A stretch of DNA of 64,000 bases, taken from contig JAFZEI010000015.1 in assembly GCA_017560765.1 (NCBI GenBank), positions 397 through 64,396 of the forward strand. The letters are read 5' to 3'. Position numbers and translations under genes: made by a program. This document shows, in pieces, positions 47,095-58,461 of the stretch. Below the pieces are notes generated by a model. The model searched no databases, was not told the DNA's origin, and was given only the letters and a program-made list of their open reading frames with translations. Position 1 is the first letter of the stretch, and each line of letters begins with the position of its first letter. The DNA is from Clostridia bacterium (GTDB lineage Bacteria; Bacillota; Clostridia; UBA1212; UBA1255).

Positions 47095-49185
47095 TTACTC
47101 TGCATTTCTCTGTTTGAGAACTGCTTCCTGTACGCTCTTAGGCACTTCCTCGTAGTGGCTGGGTTCCATGATAAATGAACCTCTACCCTGTGTGCTTGAA
47201 CGAAGTGTTGTTGTATAACCGAACATCTCGGCTAACGGACAATGTGCAGAAATAACCTTGCTGCCTGCAACATCCTCCATACCCTCAATCTTACCACGCT
47301 TAGCACTTACAGAACCGATGATATCACCTAAATATTCCTCAGGAACATTTACGCTAACCTTCATGATAGGTTCGAGAAGTACAGGATCAGCTTTCTTACA
47401 AGCTTCTTTAATTGCCATTGAACCGGCAATCTTAAACGCCATTTCTGAGGAGTCAACCTCGTGGTATGAACCATCAACAAGAGTTACTCTAACGTCTACC
47501 ATAGGATAGCCGGCAATGATACCGCTTTGAAGAGCTTCCTGAATACCCTGGTCAACAGGTCCGATATATTCCTTAGGAATTACGCCGCCCACAATCTTGT
47601 TAACGAACTCATAGCCTTTACCTCTTTCAAGGGGCTCAACCTCGATAACACAGTGACCGTATTGACCACGACCACCTGACTGGCGAACAAATTTACCTTC
47701 TTGGCGAACAGGTTTACGAATACCCTCTTTATAAGCAACTTGTGGGTTACCTACGTTAGCTTCTACCTTAAATTCACGAAGCAATCTGTCAACAATAATT
47801 TCCAGGTGAAGCTCACCCATACCGGAAATGATTGTTTGTCCTGTCTCATGATCTGTACGTACTCTGAATGTAGGGTCTTCCTCTGACAGTTTCTGAAGGG
47901 CAATACCCATCTTCTCCTGTCCTGCTTTTGTCTTAGGCTCAACTGCAACTGAAATAACCGGATCAGGGAACTCCATTGTCTCAAGAACAATAGGAGCACT
48001 GTCGTCACAAAGTGTGTCGCCTGTTGTTGTATCCTTTAAGCCAACTGCAGCAGCAATATCTCCTGCATATACACGGGTAATTTCTTCTCTGTGGTTAGCA
48101 TGCATCTGAACGATACGTCCTATACGCTCTTTTTTACCCTTTGTTGCATTGTATACATAAGAACCTGCTTCTAAAGATCCCGAATATACACGGAAGAAGC
48201 AAAGCTTACCTACAAACGGGTCTGTAACAATCTTAAATGCTAATGCAGCGAAAGGCTCATCATCACTTGAGTGACGAACTGCTTCTTCTCCTGTATCAGC
48301 AAGAACACCGTTAATAGCCGGAATATCTGTAGGTGCAGGCATATAATCAACAACTGCATCAAGAAGCTGTTGAACACCCTTGTTTCTATAAGAAGAACCA
48401 CAAAGAACAGGGATCATCTTAACAGCAATAGTAGCTTTACGGATTGCTCTCTTGATTTCTTCAACTGTCACTTCTTCGCCTTCGAGGTATTTCATCATAA
48501 CCTCTTCGTCTTGGTCCGCAACAGCCTCGAGTAATTCCATACGATATTGCTCTGCAAGTTCCTTCATATCCTCAGGAATTTCTTCGATTTCCATTACCTT
48601 ACCAAGATCGTCCTTGTATACGATTGCATGCATCTCAACAAGGTCGATGATACCTACGAATGAATCTTCTTTACCTATGGGCAATTGGAGCGGAACTGCG
48701 TTCGCACCTAATCTGTTGCGGATCATGTCTACACAACGGTAGAAATCCGCACCCATAATGTCCATTTTGTTTACATAACCCATACGTGGAACACCGTACT
48801 TGTCAGCCTGTCTCCAAACAGTCTCTGACTGAGGCTCAACACCACCCTTTGCACAGAACAAAGTAACGCTACCATCGAGAACACGCAATGAACGCTCAAC
48901 CTCTACTGTGAAGTCAACGTGTCCCGGTGTGTCAATGATGTTGATTCTTGTGTTCTTCCACTGTGCTGTTGTAGCAGCAGAAGTAATTGTAATACCTCTT
49001 TCCTGCTCCTGTGCCATGTAGTCCATGGTAGCAGCACCGTCATGTGTTTCACCGATTTTGTGTGTACGTCCGGTATAGAACAAAATTCTCTCTGTTGTAG
49101 TTGTTTTACCGGCGTCGATATGGGCCATAATTCCTATGTTTCTGGTATTTTCCAAACTAAATTGTCTAGGCATTATTTTCTCCAT
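47095..49185 (-). CDS. fusA: Elongation factor G
   Basis: [17 protein letters not shown]. 696 aa. Confidence 0.98.
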   Translation of the reverse strand: MEKIMPRQFSLENTRNIGIMAHIDAGKTTTTERILFYTGRTHKIGETHDGAATMDYMAQEQERGITITSAATTAQWKNTRINIIDTPGHVDFTVEVERSLRVLDGSVTLFCAKGGVEPQSETVWRQADKYGVPRMGYVNKMDIMGADFYRCVDMIRNRLGANAVPLQLPIGKEDSFVGIIDLVEMHAIVYKDDLGKVMEIEEIPEDMKELAEQYRMELLEAVADQDEEVMMKYLEGEEVTVEEIKRAIRKATIAVKMIPVLCGSSYRNKGVQQLLDAVVDYMPAPTDIPAINGVLADTGEEAVRHSSDDEPFAALAFKIVTDPFVGKLCFFRVYSGSLEAGSYVYNATKGKKERIGRIVQMHANHREEITRVYAGDIAAAVGLKDTTTGDTLCDDSAPIVLETMEFPDPVISVAVEPKTKAGQEKMGIALQKLSEEDPTFRVRTDHETGQTIISGMGELHLEIIVDRLLREFKVEANVGNPQVAYKEGIRKPVRQEGKFVRQSGGRGQYGHCVIEVEPLERGKGYEFVNKIVGGVIPKEYIGPVDQGIQEALQSGIIAGYPMVDVRVTLVDGSYHEVDSSEMAFKIAGSMAIKEACKKADPVLLEPIMKVSVNVPEEYLGDIIGSVSAKRGKIEGMEDVAGSKVISAHCPLAEMFGYTTTLRSSTQGRGSFIMEPSHYEEVPKSVQEAVLKQRNAE

Positions 49186-49237
49186 TTCTTAGTTTAAAAC
49201 TAAACTCACACTACTGCACATAATTTCCTTAAAGAAA

Positions 49238-49708
49238 TTACCAACGGTAATGAGCAAACGCACGGTTTGCTTCTGCCATTTTGTGCATATCTTCTTTTCT
49301 TCTTACTGCGCCGCCTGCATTATTAAGTGCATCCATAAGCTCGCCTGCAAGACGCTCTGCCATTGTTCTTTCGCTTCTCTTACGAGCAAAAGTAACAACC
49401 CATCTGAGACCAAGTGCTTGACGTCTTTCGGGTCTAACCTCGATAGGTACCTGATATGTGGCACCACCAACACGTCTTGCTTTAACTTCTAACTGGGGCA
49501 TGATGTTATTGAGAGCTTCTCTGAAAACTTCTAAAGGTTCTCTGCCGGTTTTTTCACGGATGATTTCAAAGGCATCATAGCAAATTCTCTGTGCTACACC
49601 TTTCTTACCATCTAACATGATGTTGTTTATAAGTTTTGTAACAACTTGATCGTTGTATATAGGATCAGGCAGAACCTCTCTCTTCGCAATATATCCTTTT
49701 CTAGGCAT
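49238..49708 (-). CDS. rpsG: 30S ribosomal protein S7
   Basis: 156 aa with the S7 signature. Confidence 0.97.
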   Translation of the reverse strand: MPRKGYIAKREVLPDPIYNDQVVTKLINNIMLDGKKGVAQRICYDAFEIIREKTGREPLEVFREALNNIMPQLEVKARRVGGATYQVPIEVRPERRQALGLRWVVTFARKRSERTMAERLAGELMDALNNAGGAVRRKEDMHKMAEANRAFAHYRW

Positions 49709-49845
49709 TTAAACTTCCCTCCTTTTAATGATAAGTGATCATTTGGTACTCTGCATTTTTTCAGCAGTACATGCCGGCTTCTTTTCATATGATATATCAC
49801 GCTAAAAATGAAATCTATATGAATCACCGGCGATCCGGTTAATAA

Positions 49846-50268
49846 TTATTTTTTAGCTGCTTTCGGTACCTTAGCACCGTACTTTGATCTACCCTGCATA
49901 CGGTTGTTAACACCTGCTGTATCAAGAGTACCTCTGATAATATGGTATCTTACACCAGGGAGATCTTTAACTCTACCGCCTCTTATAAGAACAACGCTAT
50001 GCTCTTGAAGGTTATGTCCGATACCCGGAATATATGCAGTAACTTCCATACCGTTTGTGAGACGTACTCTGGCAATTTTACGCAAAGCAGAGTTAGGTTT
50101 TTTAGGTGTAGTTGTTCTTACAACTGAACAAACTCCTCTCTTTTGCGGACTGCTGATGTCAGTGCTTCTCTTTGTTAAGCTGTTAAAGCCTTTTTGAAGA
50201 GCAGGAGAAGTGGACTTCTTTTCAATTGTCTGTCTACCCTTACGAACCAATTGGTTAAATGTTGGCAT
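49846..50268 (-). CDS. rpsL: 30S ribosomal protein S12
   Basis: 140 aa. PNSALRK motif. Confidence 0.97.
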   Translation of the reverse strand: MPTFNQLVRKGRQTIEKKSTSPALQKGFNSLTKRSTDISSPQKRGVCSVVRTTTPKKPNSALRKIARVRLTNGMEVTAYIPGIGHNLQEHSVVLIRGGRVKDLPGVRYHIIRGTLDTAGVNNRMQGRSKYGAKVPKAAKK

Positions 50269-50343
50269 TCAATTTCACCTCCGATTTTATTTTATGTTTT
50301 CTTGTACAAAACAGCAAAAATGCTACAAGTGCACAAGCTTTGT

Positions 50344-50374
50344 AATTGTACACGAGACAATGCTTATTGTCAAC
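50344..50374 (-). promoter_or_regulatory. Candidate sigma-A promoter of the rpsL-rpsG-fusA-tuf operon (TTGACA-17-TACAAT on the minus strand)
   Basis: Read directly on the reverse complement, about 75 nt upstream of the rpsL ATG. Confidence 0.45.
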
Positions 50375-50384
50375 ACTTAATGTC

Positions 50385-50424
50385 AAAAAATAACGGAGCC
50401 GATTATCGTGAAATAATCGGCTCC
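50385..50424 (-). terminator. Rho-independent terminator after the 1378-aa gene
   Basis: Hairpin GGAGCCGATTAT-loop-ATAATCGGCTCC followed, on the minus strand, by GTTATTTTTT. Confidence 0.65.
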
Positions 50425-50450
50425 ATCTTTAAACGACTATTCGTTTGCAA

Positions 50451-53400
50451 TTATTTTGGAACTCTGTATGCAAAACGGAATTGGTTTGTACTCTTGTCTA
50501 TAGTCTCATACGAAGGTTGTACTGATCTTATTCTGGAATCACTACCCGCATCGTATCTATATGAGTAACCTCCATCATAGTCACTGGCAATAATGAATAC
50601 GTGTCTCGGATAGTTAGAATATGCAGGAGCAAAGCTTCCCGTATAACCAACGAATACAATATCACCTGCTTTAAGTGAACTCAGTGATGTTACCTTAGTA
50701 AATCCGTAGCGCAAAAGGAATGTTTCAAGACTGATAATATTTGCGCCGGAGTTACCGTAAAGTGAAAGTCCTTCTTTAGAAGGCTGATGTGCTGTATAGC
50801 CTGCATTACCCATGAGCCAACCTATAAATCTGTCACAAGATACATGCTTGTATGATTTGTCAAGATATGGGTTAACTGTAGAGTGTCCGTATACCCAGCC
50901 ATTTACTCTTGCATAGTCTGCAACAGATTTAGCATGAGTAAGAAGTTTTGCAACTTTCTGTCCGTGTTTAGCATAAACAAATGCACCGTTTTGATCATAT
51001 ACTGCATAACCTGTTGTTGAATTCTCATTTGCTTTTGCAACCGCAGCATTATAATCAGTATATACTCCGCCGATTTGCGCACCTAAATCATTCTTTACAT
51101 ACCATGAAATATTTTCTGCTGTTCTATCTGCTATAAAGAAGCGTTGATTTTCTTCGCCATAGTAAGTATAGAGTTGAACATTTGTTCCGCTTGTGTAATC
51201 TGCATTAGAAACATCCAAAGCCATTTTGTCACAATGAGCAGGACGGAAAGCATATGTTGTTTCTTGAATATACAGGTACCATTGCTGAGAAAGGCTATCA
51301 TTGCAGTTCTCCGTAACAATATTTGTTACATCTGTCACACCGGCTCCGCTTACAGCCAAAGCTTTATCATTACTCTCGTTGACAATTCTGTAAGCACCAT
51401 TGTCAAGTCGTATGAATTTCCAAAGTTGACTTGATGAAGCAGCCGGAGTAGCAAGCTGAACATTAGTACCTGAAACAGCAAGAGATTTACCTCCAACAGT
51501 TATATGCGCAAAGAAATTCGTACCAACATCTGCAGGCGTCAATTTATTAAATGTACTTGTTTGTGTATTCAAATAATTTACTGCAGCGTCACCATATTTA
51601 ATTATTTTTTCAGTGATATCAACGAGTTTTGCATCTGTACCACTCTGTGATGAATAAACATACGACTCAATGCTATATTCAAATGTTCCGCTTATTGCTT
51701 TACCAGTACTGTCACAAACAGTGAGTTTCACTGTTTTGCTCATCTGCGATGCACCTAATCCATCAAAAACAAATGCATATACAGGTGTACCGGCAGGTCC
51801 TGTTACAGTTGAAAAGGCATCTTGTTTTACAGTTCCCAACAAATTATTGCTTGTATCCGTTACCTTAACATATACATTTGATAAATCTGTATCAAAATAT
51901 CCTTTGATTGCAACTTTATTATCAAGATAAAGTCCCATCGCTAACCAAGTAGCTTTATCGCCGGAAGCTACAGTAGGCGCTTTTTTCACATTTGTGAGAG
52001 CTCTTAAATCACTTGTGCCAAATTTCTTCTGAGCTGTTGTCAAATTTGCACTAACAAGTTTGTCTACATTATATCCATTATAAATCTGTGCTGATGCTCC
52101 GTAATTAAGCATATCAACAAGCAATGTCTTAAAAGATGGATCCGTTGCCGATGCAAGTTTAGAATAAATATATGTAGCCACACTATATTGGTTCGTCTTA
52201 CTTGAATATACAACTCCGTCTTTAGTTGCTTTTAATGTTGTAAAAATAGCGTCGTTCATCATCTGAGGCGCCACGTTGTTAAATGAGAATAAATAACAAG
52301 CAACTCCGCCGACAGAGGATGTTACTGGATTAAGAGTAATTGTTTTTCCGCCAAAAGTCGCCTCAAGATAAGGATTTGAAAAACCTGCAGCATCAAAGAT
52401 ATCTTTCTTTACAAGATATTTAATTGTAATATCACTTGAAATTGAAAGTGTTGTACCATCAATTTTAAGTGCAGTGTCTTTTACTTTAACAAAACCAGAG
52501 TCTGTTATAAATTGGTCTGTAATATCAGAAGAACCTGATGTTGCACTGTTTACAGTAACCATTACATCGTTATCGCCCAAATTAGCGTTACTGTTTACTT
52601 TAAACTCTATGTAAGCAATAGTTCCGGTTGCTGTTGTGTTAGCAGTACCTTTCCAAGATAATTCATATGAATATGTTGTTTTTGTTGCTTTGAAAACAGC
52701 ATTTCCCATTACGATACCATTTGTCGCTTTTACTGGAGTCAAAACGCTTGGATCCCATTTTACATTAACTACAAGATTCTTTAATCCGGGGTTATTTCCT
52801 AATACAACAGGAACTTTTACCGTGCCGCCAATATTTGCCTCAACATCATCTGCATATATATCAGCCGATTTTGCAACATCAGTCACTGTAAAATATACCT
52901 TGCTGCCTTTTGGAGAAGTGTCTCTCATTATTACAGCATAGTAGTTACCTGCTGAAAGCCTCGGCAAGGAAACTGTCTTTTCGCCGCTAAGATTAATTCT
53001 GTGCATAGGATTTGCCGTTCCCATACCTGAACCGCACTCTTCACCATCATTATAGATACCCAACCAAAGATTGCTTGTAATTGAATCTCCGTAATTAATT
53101 GTTGCTTTAAGATTTCCTGTTTCGCTTACAGTAGTTGAATTAAGTGTAAGAGAAGGATCTACCGTACCTTCATATCCATAATATATGTTATCAATATTAA
53201 ATGCTCTGAAGCGAGAACCAATTGCCATAGATTTTACATAAGAAATCATTGCATTTGATGTTGTAGCCTTTAAATTGCCATTTGCATCATAAATAGTTGC
53301 TGTTCTGTAATATCTCTCGTTATATGCGTCTGATGAGCTTGGTAAAAGACCGGGATCAGCATAAGTTACAAATGCAAATACTTCTCCGTCAAGAGCAAAT

Positions 53401-54587
53401 CTCATTTTTCCACGTCCGTCATCTATCGCTTTGAATTTATGGAAAGCTGTATCAATATAACTTGTGAGCGGATGTGTGTATTTTATTTGAGACAAAGTTC
53501 CCGAAGCTGCATTATATGTTATTACACAAACTTCAATCATAGAAGGATGAATATTTACACTTACACCACTCTTACCTACAGAGTTTTCTCCGTCCACTTT
53601 ATTTGATTCGAAAAACTTATTGTCTTTCCAATCTTTTTCATAGCCATAATTGAATACAAATCCTGCAAAGTGACCAGCTGCTGTTTCCGGCTTTACATCT
53701 GCTGAGAATAAATAAGCACATCCGTTATTGAAGAATTTATTTACCTGCATACTGTCATATTTCAACTTAAGGTACTTATTTGTTCCTTCTACAACGTATT
53801 CGGAATCTCCTGTTCCTGCATTAAACAAGAATTCACCATTAATATTTGTTTTGCTTCCGATAAGTGCAAGACCATTCGTTACTGCAGCTTCTTGGAAATC
53901 ATATGATGTCTTTGGTACATAATGCAAACCATGAGGTATAATGTCAACTCTGCCGGATTTTACATCTGTATAAACCTTACAGAACAAATCATCATATTCT
54001 TGTGCCTGTGCTACACTGTCAAAGAAACCTATATATGCCACATCAACTGTTTTGCCTGCAACTGATGACGCACCGATTCTCATTGATGTAATTGTAGCAT
54101 TAAGCTGTGCTGATGTACCAACAGAACTTGTTGACGAACCCATTAACTCTTTTGATAAGTTGTATGTGGTAAGATTCCATACGCCGTCGCAAACCAGCTT
54201 GCTGGTAGATATAACTCCGCCTGCGGCAGGACCCCAACCACCGGCTGTTGTATCGGGATAAAGCCAAGGGTTACTGATTGATGTATTAATATCTCCCTTG
54301 TACTTAATTGCCATAATCTTACCGCTCATGCTTGTATCTACAAGATTTACTGTAAAATACGGGTCGTTAGCATCTGTCGTTTTAATGGAAACATACTCAT
54401 CTTTGTATGTGTATGTTATTCCACTCGACGATGTATCAATAATTAGTTTGTGATTACCTTCCGCAAAAGATGTTACTCCCTTGTATGAACTCAGCTCCGC
54501 TGCCAACAATACATTAGTTGAGGGCAACATACTAAATACCATCACAAAAACAAGTAACAGCGAAAGAAACTTCATTCCTCGTTTCAT
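50451..54587 (-). CDS. Large secreted multidomain protein: novel N-terminal module, cohesin-like module, ricin-B (QxW) lectin domain, C-terminal NlpC/P60-like cysteine peptidase/amidase-like domain
   Basis: Signal peptide MKFLSLLLVFVMVFSMLPSTNVLLAA. Cohesin-like stretch (GGTVKVPVVLGNNPGLKNLVVNVKWDPSVL...IAYIEFKV). QLWKF/QQWYL/QRFFI beta-trefoil repeats. C-terminal Cys...GDIVFVGY...HVFIIASD pattern. Strong RBS AAAAGGAGAG. Confidence 0.7.
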   Translation of the reverse strand: MKRGMKFLSLLLVFVMVFSMLPSTNVLLAAELSSYKGVTSFAEGNHKLIIDTSSSGITYTYKDEYVSIKTTDANDPYFTVNLVDTSMSGKIMAIKYKGDINTSISNPWLYPDTTAGGWGPAAGGVISTSKLVCDGVWNLTTYNLSKELMGSSTSSVGTSAQLNATITSMRIGASSVAGKTVDVAYIGFFDSVAQAQEYDDLFCKVYTDVKSGRVDIIPHGLHYVPKTSYDFQEAAVTNGLALIGSKTNINGEFLFNAGTGDSEYVVEGTNKYLKLKYDSMQVNKFFNNGCAYLFSADVKPETAAGHFAGFVFNYGYEKDWKDNKFFESNKVDGENSVGKSGVSVNIHPSMIEVCVITYNAASGTLSQIKYTHPLTSYIDTAFHKFKAIDDGRGKMRFALDGEVFAFVTYADPGLLPSSSDAYNERYYRTATIYDANGNLKATTSNAMISYVKSMAIGSRFRAFNIDNIYYGYEGTVDPSLTLNSTTVSETGNLKATINYGDSITSNLWLGIYNDGEECGSGMGTANPMHRINLSGEKTVSLPRLSAGNYYAVIMRDTSPKGSKVYFTVTDVAKSADIYADDVEANIGGTVKVPVVLGNNPGLKNLVVNVKWDPSVLTPVKATNGIVMGNAVFKATKTTYSYELSWKGTANTTATGTIAYIEFKVNSNANLGDNDVMVTVNSATSGSSDITDQFITDSGFVKVKDTALKIDGTTLSISSDITIKYLVKKDIFDAAGFSNPYLEATFGGKTITLNPVTSSVGGVACYLFSFNNVAPQMMNDAIFTTLKATKDGVVYSSKTNQYSVATYIYSKLASATDPSFKTLLVDMLNYGASAQIYNGYNVDKLVSANLTTAQKKFGTSDLRALTNVKKAPTVASGDKATWLAMGLYLDNKVAIKGYFDTDLSNVYVKVTDTSNNLLGTVKQDAFSTVTGPAGTPVYAFVFDGLGASQMSKTVKLTVCDSTGKAISGTFEYSIESYVYSSQSGTDAKLVDITEKIIKYGDAAVNYLNTQTSTFNKLTPADVGTNFFAHITVGGKSLAVSGTNVQLATPAASSSQLWKFIRLDNGAYRIVNESNDKALAVSGAGVTDVTNIVTENCNDSLSQQWYLYIQETTYAFRPAHCDKMALDVSNADYTSGTNVQLYTYYGEENQRFFIADRTAENISWYVKNDLGAQIGGVYTDYNAAVAKANENSTTGYAVYDQNGAFVYAKHGQKVAKLLTHAKSVADYARVNGWVYGHSTVNPYLDKSYKHVSCDRFIGWLMGNAGYTAHQPSKEGLSLYGNSGANIISLETFLLRYGFTKVTSLSSLKAGDIVFVGYTGSFAPAYSNYPRHVFIIASDYDGGYSYRYDAGSDSRIRSVQPSYETIDKSTNQFRFAYRVPK

Positions 54588-54647
54588 AAAAACTCTCCTT
54601 TTTTAAAATTTTATAGGTTTGATATCAACAAAAACCTTCATTTGGTA

Positions 54648-54678
54648 TTATGATATATTACAAATATTTTTTTGTCAA
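54648..54678 (-). promoter_or_regulatory. Candidate sigma-A promoter of the 1378-aa gene (TTGACA-17-TATCAT on the minus strand)
   Basis: Read directly on the reverse complement: tgtcaa at 54673..54678 and atgata at 54650..54655. Confidence 0.45.
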
Positions 54679-54680
54679 TA

Positions 54681-54718
54681 AAAAAAGCCGCACAACCTTT
54701 TAAGTTGTACGGCCAAAA
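54681..54718 (-). terminator. Rho-independent terminator of rpoC
   Basis: Hairpin GCCGTACAAC-TTAAAA-GGTTGTGCGGC followed by TTTTTTT on the minus strand. Confidence 0.65.
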
Positions 54719-54731
54719 CACTATTTGTATT

Positions 54732-57700
54732 TTAATCTTCGTCAGGTTCATTACTATCGTCAAGATAGATATTACCATCTACAACATCGTATTGCTCTTC
54801 AACAGAAACTTCTGTATCTGCATCCTCTGCAACAACTTCATCTGTTACTTCAACGTAATCTTCCTCTTTTAACTCTTCTCCCGGCTTTCTTTGAAGAGCC
54901 TCCACATCAATCTCGATATCTTTATAACGGCTCATACCTGTACCGGCAGGAATAAGTTTACCGATAATAACGTTTTCTTTAAGACCAAGAAGCGGATCTC
55001 TCTTACTCTTAATAGCCGCCTCAGTAAGAACTCTTGTAGTTTCTTGGAAGGAGGCTGCTGAAAGGAAAGATTCTGTTGCAAGAGATGCCTTTGTAATACC
55101 AAGAAGTGTTCTGCTTCCTGTAGCCTCTTTCTTGCCCTCTGCTGCCATTTTTTCATTTTCAATATTAAATGTTGTAATATCAACCATGCTACCCGGCAAA
55201 AGTGAAGTATCTCCTACATCGTCAACTTTAATTTTGCGGAGCATTTGTCTTACAATTACCTCGATATGACGGTCGTTAATTTTAACACCCTGCATATTGT
55301 ACACTTTTTGTACTTCTTCAATGATGTAATTTTGTACGCCGGTCACACCAACAACTTTTAATATATCATGAGGATTAATGGATCCTCCGACAAGCATATC
55401 GCCCTTCTTGATAAAATCTCCATCTTTTACACGAAGGTTTGTACCCATTACAAATGAATATGTTGCTGACATACCATCCTCAGAAGTAACCGTAACTTCA
55501 CGCTTTTTACCGGAATCATTAATAGAAACAGTACCGTCAAGTTCGGAAATAGTTGCATTTCCTTTTGGTTTTCTTGCCTCGAACAACTCTTCAACTCTCG
55601 GAAGACCTTGAGTGATATCGTCCGCTGTAGCAACACCACCCGTATGGAATGTACGCATGGTAAGCTGTGTACCGGGCTCACCGATTGATTGAGCAGCAAT
55701 GATACCAACTGCATCACCCACATTACACTCTTCGTTTGTTGCAAGGTTAGAACCATAACACTTAGCACAAACACCATGCTTACACTTACAAGTAAGAACT
55801 GAGCGAATTTTCACAGTTGTATGACCTGCGGCAACAATCTTTTCAGCAAGTTCCTCTGTAATCAATGTGTCGCGGTCAGCGAGAATTTCACCTGTGCTTG
55901 GGTCAACAATGGTTTCAGCCGGATAACGTCCGGAAATACGTGCAGCCAACGGAACAATAGGTCCTTGCTCCTTTGCGTCCGGATTTTCTATAGCAGAAAT
56001 TTCTATATGATCCTCTGTGCCGCAATCATGCTCACGAATAATTACCTCTTGGCTGACATCAACAAGACGTCTTGTCAAATAACCTGAGTCAGCTGTTCTA
56101 AGAGCCGTATCTGACAATGTTTTTCTTGTACCGTGGCTGGAGATAAAGAACTCCAATACGTCAAGACCTTCACGGAAGTTTGCCTTAATCGGGATTTCGA
56201 TAGACTTACCTGATGTATCTGTCATAAGACCACGCATACCTGCAAGCTGCTTAATCTGGTTAATGTTACCTCTGGCTCCTGAATCACTCATCATATTAAT
56301 CGGGTTATATTCACCCATGTTCTTTTTGAGGATTGCAGTAAGCTTTTCTATTGTCTCTGTCCAAGCTTTAATAACATTGTTATAACGCTCTTCTTCTGTG
56401 ATAAGACCTCTTCTGTATTGTTTTACAATCTTATCAACCAATTTATCTGTCTCATCAATGAGCTGTTGTTTTTCGGGAGGAACAATAATATCCTCAATAC
56501 CTACTGTAATAGCACCTTTTGTAGAGAATTTATATCCCAATGCCTTAATTTTATCAAGTACAACTGCTGTCTCGGTAATACCGTGAACCTTAATACATTT
56601 ATCAAGAATTTCACCCAATGTACCTTTTTTTACCAACTTGTCGATTTCAAGAACGAGAGCATTTTCTCTCTTTGTTCTATCAACAAATCCCAAATCCTGA
56701 GGAATAGCATCGTTAAAAATCAACTTACCTATTGTTGTATTTATACGCTGAGTAATAGGTTCGCCCTCAAACTCACCAAATCTTCTTACAATAATAGCTG
56801 TATGCAAGTCGATTTGTCCGATATCATATGCCATCTTAGCTTCGTCATACGAAGCGAAAACAGGAGCATTTGTATAATCTTTATTTTTATTAAGTGTCAA
56901 ATAATAACTACCGAGAACCATATCCTGTGTAGGAACTGTAATCGGTTTACCATCCTTAGGAGCAAGCAAATTGTTTGCGGAAAGCATAAGAACTCTTGCC
57001 TCTGCCTGTGCCTCTGCTGAAAGAGGTACGTGAACAGCCATCTGGTCTCCGTCAAAGTCAGCATTGTACGCTGTACATACCAACGGATGCAAACGAAGAG
57101 CACGACCTTCAACGAGAACAGGTTCAAAAGCCTGAATACCAAGACGGTGAAGTGTAGGCGCACGGTTCAAAAGAACAGGATGCTCCTTGATAATATCTTC
57201 AAGAATATCCCATACCTCCGGACGAACACGATCAACCATTTTACGTGCACTCTTAACATTCAAAGCCTTACCGTCATTAACAAGTTTTCTCATAACAAAA
57301 GGCTTAAACAACTCAAGCGCCATTTCTTTAGGAAGTCCGCACTGGTAAATCTTAAGCTCAGGACCTACGACAATAACGCTACGTCCTGAATAGTCAACAC
57401 GTTTACCGAGAAGGTTTTGACGGAAACGTCCCTGCTTACCGCGAAGCATATCTGACAAAGACTTAAGAGGTCTTGTGTTAGGTCCCGTAACAGGACGTCC
57501 TCTTCTGCCATTATCAAGCAAAGCATCAACAGCCTCCTGGAGCATTCTCTTTTCGTTTCTTACAATGATATCGGGAGCTCTTAATTCTTTAAGTCTCTTT
57601 AATCTGTTGTTTCTGTTAATAACACGTCTGTAAAGATCGTTAAGGTCAGATGTTGCAAATCTGCCACCTTCCAACTGTACCATCGGACGAAGATCCGGTG

Positions 57701-58439
57701 GGATTACAGGCACTACGGAAAGTACCATCCACTCCGGCTTATTGTGAGATTGACGAAAAGCTTCTACAACTTCAAGTCTCTTTATGAGACGCATTTTCTT
57801 TTGGCTTATTGTCTGTCCGCCTTTTTCTTTCTCAACATCAGTAAGATGATCAACTTCTTCTCTTAATTCTACAGAAAGTTTCTCAAGGTCAACTTCTGAC
57901 AAAAGCTTTTGAATAGCCTCTGCACCCATCTGAGCTGTAAAGCTTTGATAACCATACTGATTTACAGCATCTCTGAACTCACGTTCTGACAAAACCTGTT
58001 TGTATTCAAGTGCCGTTGTGCCGGGGTCAGTTACGATATATGCTGCGAAATAGAGAACCTTTTCCAATGAACGAGGAGCCATGTCCAAAATCAAGCCCAT
58101 TCTGCTGGGGATTCCTCTAAAGAACCAAATATGTGATACAGGAGCTGCAAGCTCTATGTGACCCATTCTTGTTCTTCTTACCTTTGAACTTGTAACCTCA
58201 ACGCCACACTTATCACAAACTATTCCTCTATATCTGTTTTTCTTATATTTACCGCAATGACATTCGCCATCCTTTGTGGGTCCAAATATTTTTTCACAGA
58301 AAAGACCGTCTTTCTCGGGTTTAAGAGTTCTGTAGTTAATTGTTTCCGGCTTCTTAACCTCTCCGTGAGACCATTTTAAAATTGTCTCCGGTGATGCAAG
58401 GCCAATCTGTATTGAATCAAAATTATTAAAATCTATCAC
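54732..58439 (-). CDS. rpoC: DNA-directed RNA polymerase subunit beta'
   Basis: 1235 aa. Contains the NADFDGD catalytic motif. Confidence 0.98.
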   Translation of the reverse strand: MIDFNNFDSIQIGLASPETILKWSHGEVKKPETINYRTLKPEKDGLFCEKIFGPTKDGECHCGKYKKNRYRGIVCDKCGVEVTSSKVRRTRMGHIELAAPVSHIWFFRGIPSRMGLILDMAPRSLEKVLYFAAYIVTDPGTTALEYKQVLSEREFRDAVNQYGYQSFTAQMGAEAIQKLLSEVDLEKLSVELREEVDHLTDVEKEKGGQTISQKKMRLIKRLEVVEAFRQSHNKPEWMVLSVVPVIPPDLRPMVQLEGGRFATSDLNDLYRRVINRNNRLKRLKELRAPDIIVRNEKRMLQEAVDALLDNGRRGRPVTGPNTRPLKSLSDMLRGKQGRFRQNLLGKRVDYSGRSVIVVGPELKIYQCGLPKEMALELFKPFVMRKLVNDGKALNVKSARKMVDRVRPEVWDILEDIIKEHPVLLNRAPTLHRLGIQAFEPVLVEGRALRLHPLVCTAYNADFDGDQMAVHVPLSAEAQAEARVLMLSANNLLAPKDGKPITVPTQDMVLGSYYLTLNKNKDYTNAPVFASYDEAKMAYDIGQIDLHTAIIVRRFGEFEGEPITQRINTTIGKLIFNDAIPQDLGFVDRTKRENALVLEIDKLVKKGTLGEILDKCIKVHGITETAVVLDKIKALGYKFSTKGAITVGIEDIIVPPEKQQLIDETDKLVDKIVKQYRRGLITEEERYNNVIKAWTETIEKLTAILKKNMGEYNPINMMSDSGARGNINQIKQLAGMRGLMTDTSGKSIEIPIKANFREGLDVLEFFISSHGTRKTLSDTALRTADSGYLTRRLVDVSQEVIIREHDCGTEDHIEISAIENPDAKEQGPIVPLAARISGRYPAETIVDPSTGEILADRDTLITEELAEKIVAAGHTTVKIRSVLTCKCKHGVCAKCYGSNLATNEECNVGDAVGIIAAQSIGEPGTQLTMRTFHTGGVATADDITQGLPRVEELFEARKPKGNATISELDGTVSINDSGKKREVTVTSEDGMSATYSFVMGTNLRVKDGDFIKKGDMLVGGSINPHDILKVVGVTGVQNYIIEEVQKVYNMQGVKINDRHIEVIVRQMLRKIKVDDVGDTSLLPGSMVDITTFNIENEKMAAEGKKEATGSRTLLGITKASLATESFLSAASFQETTRVLTEAAIKSKRDPLLGLKENVIIGKLIPAGTGMSRYKDIEIDVEALQRKPGEELKEEDYVEVTDEVVAEDADTEVSVEEQYDVVDGNIYLDDSNEPDED

Positions 58440-58461
58440 TGTCTACACTCCTTACTCCGCA

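Noticed and set aside
49627-49827. 66-aa minus-strand ORF spanning the rpsG 5' end and the rpsL-rpsG spacer
   Set aside because: It overlaps the rpsG start in another frame. The spacer is the normal rpsL-rpsG intergenic region.
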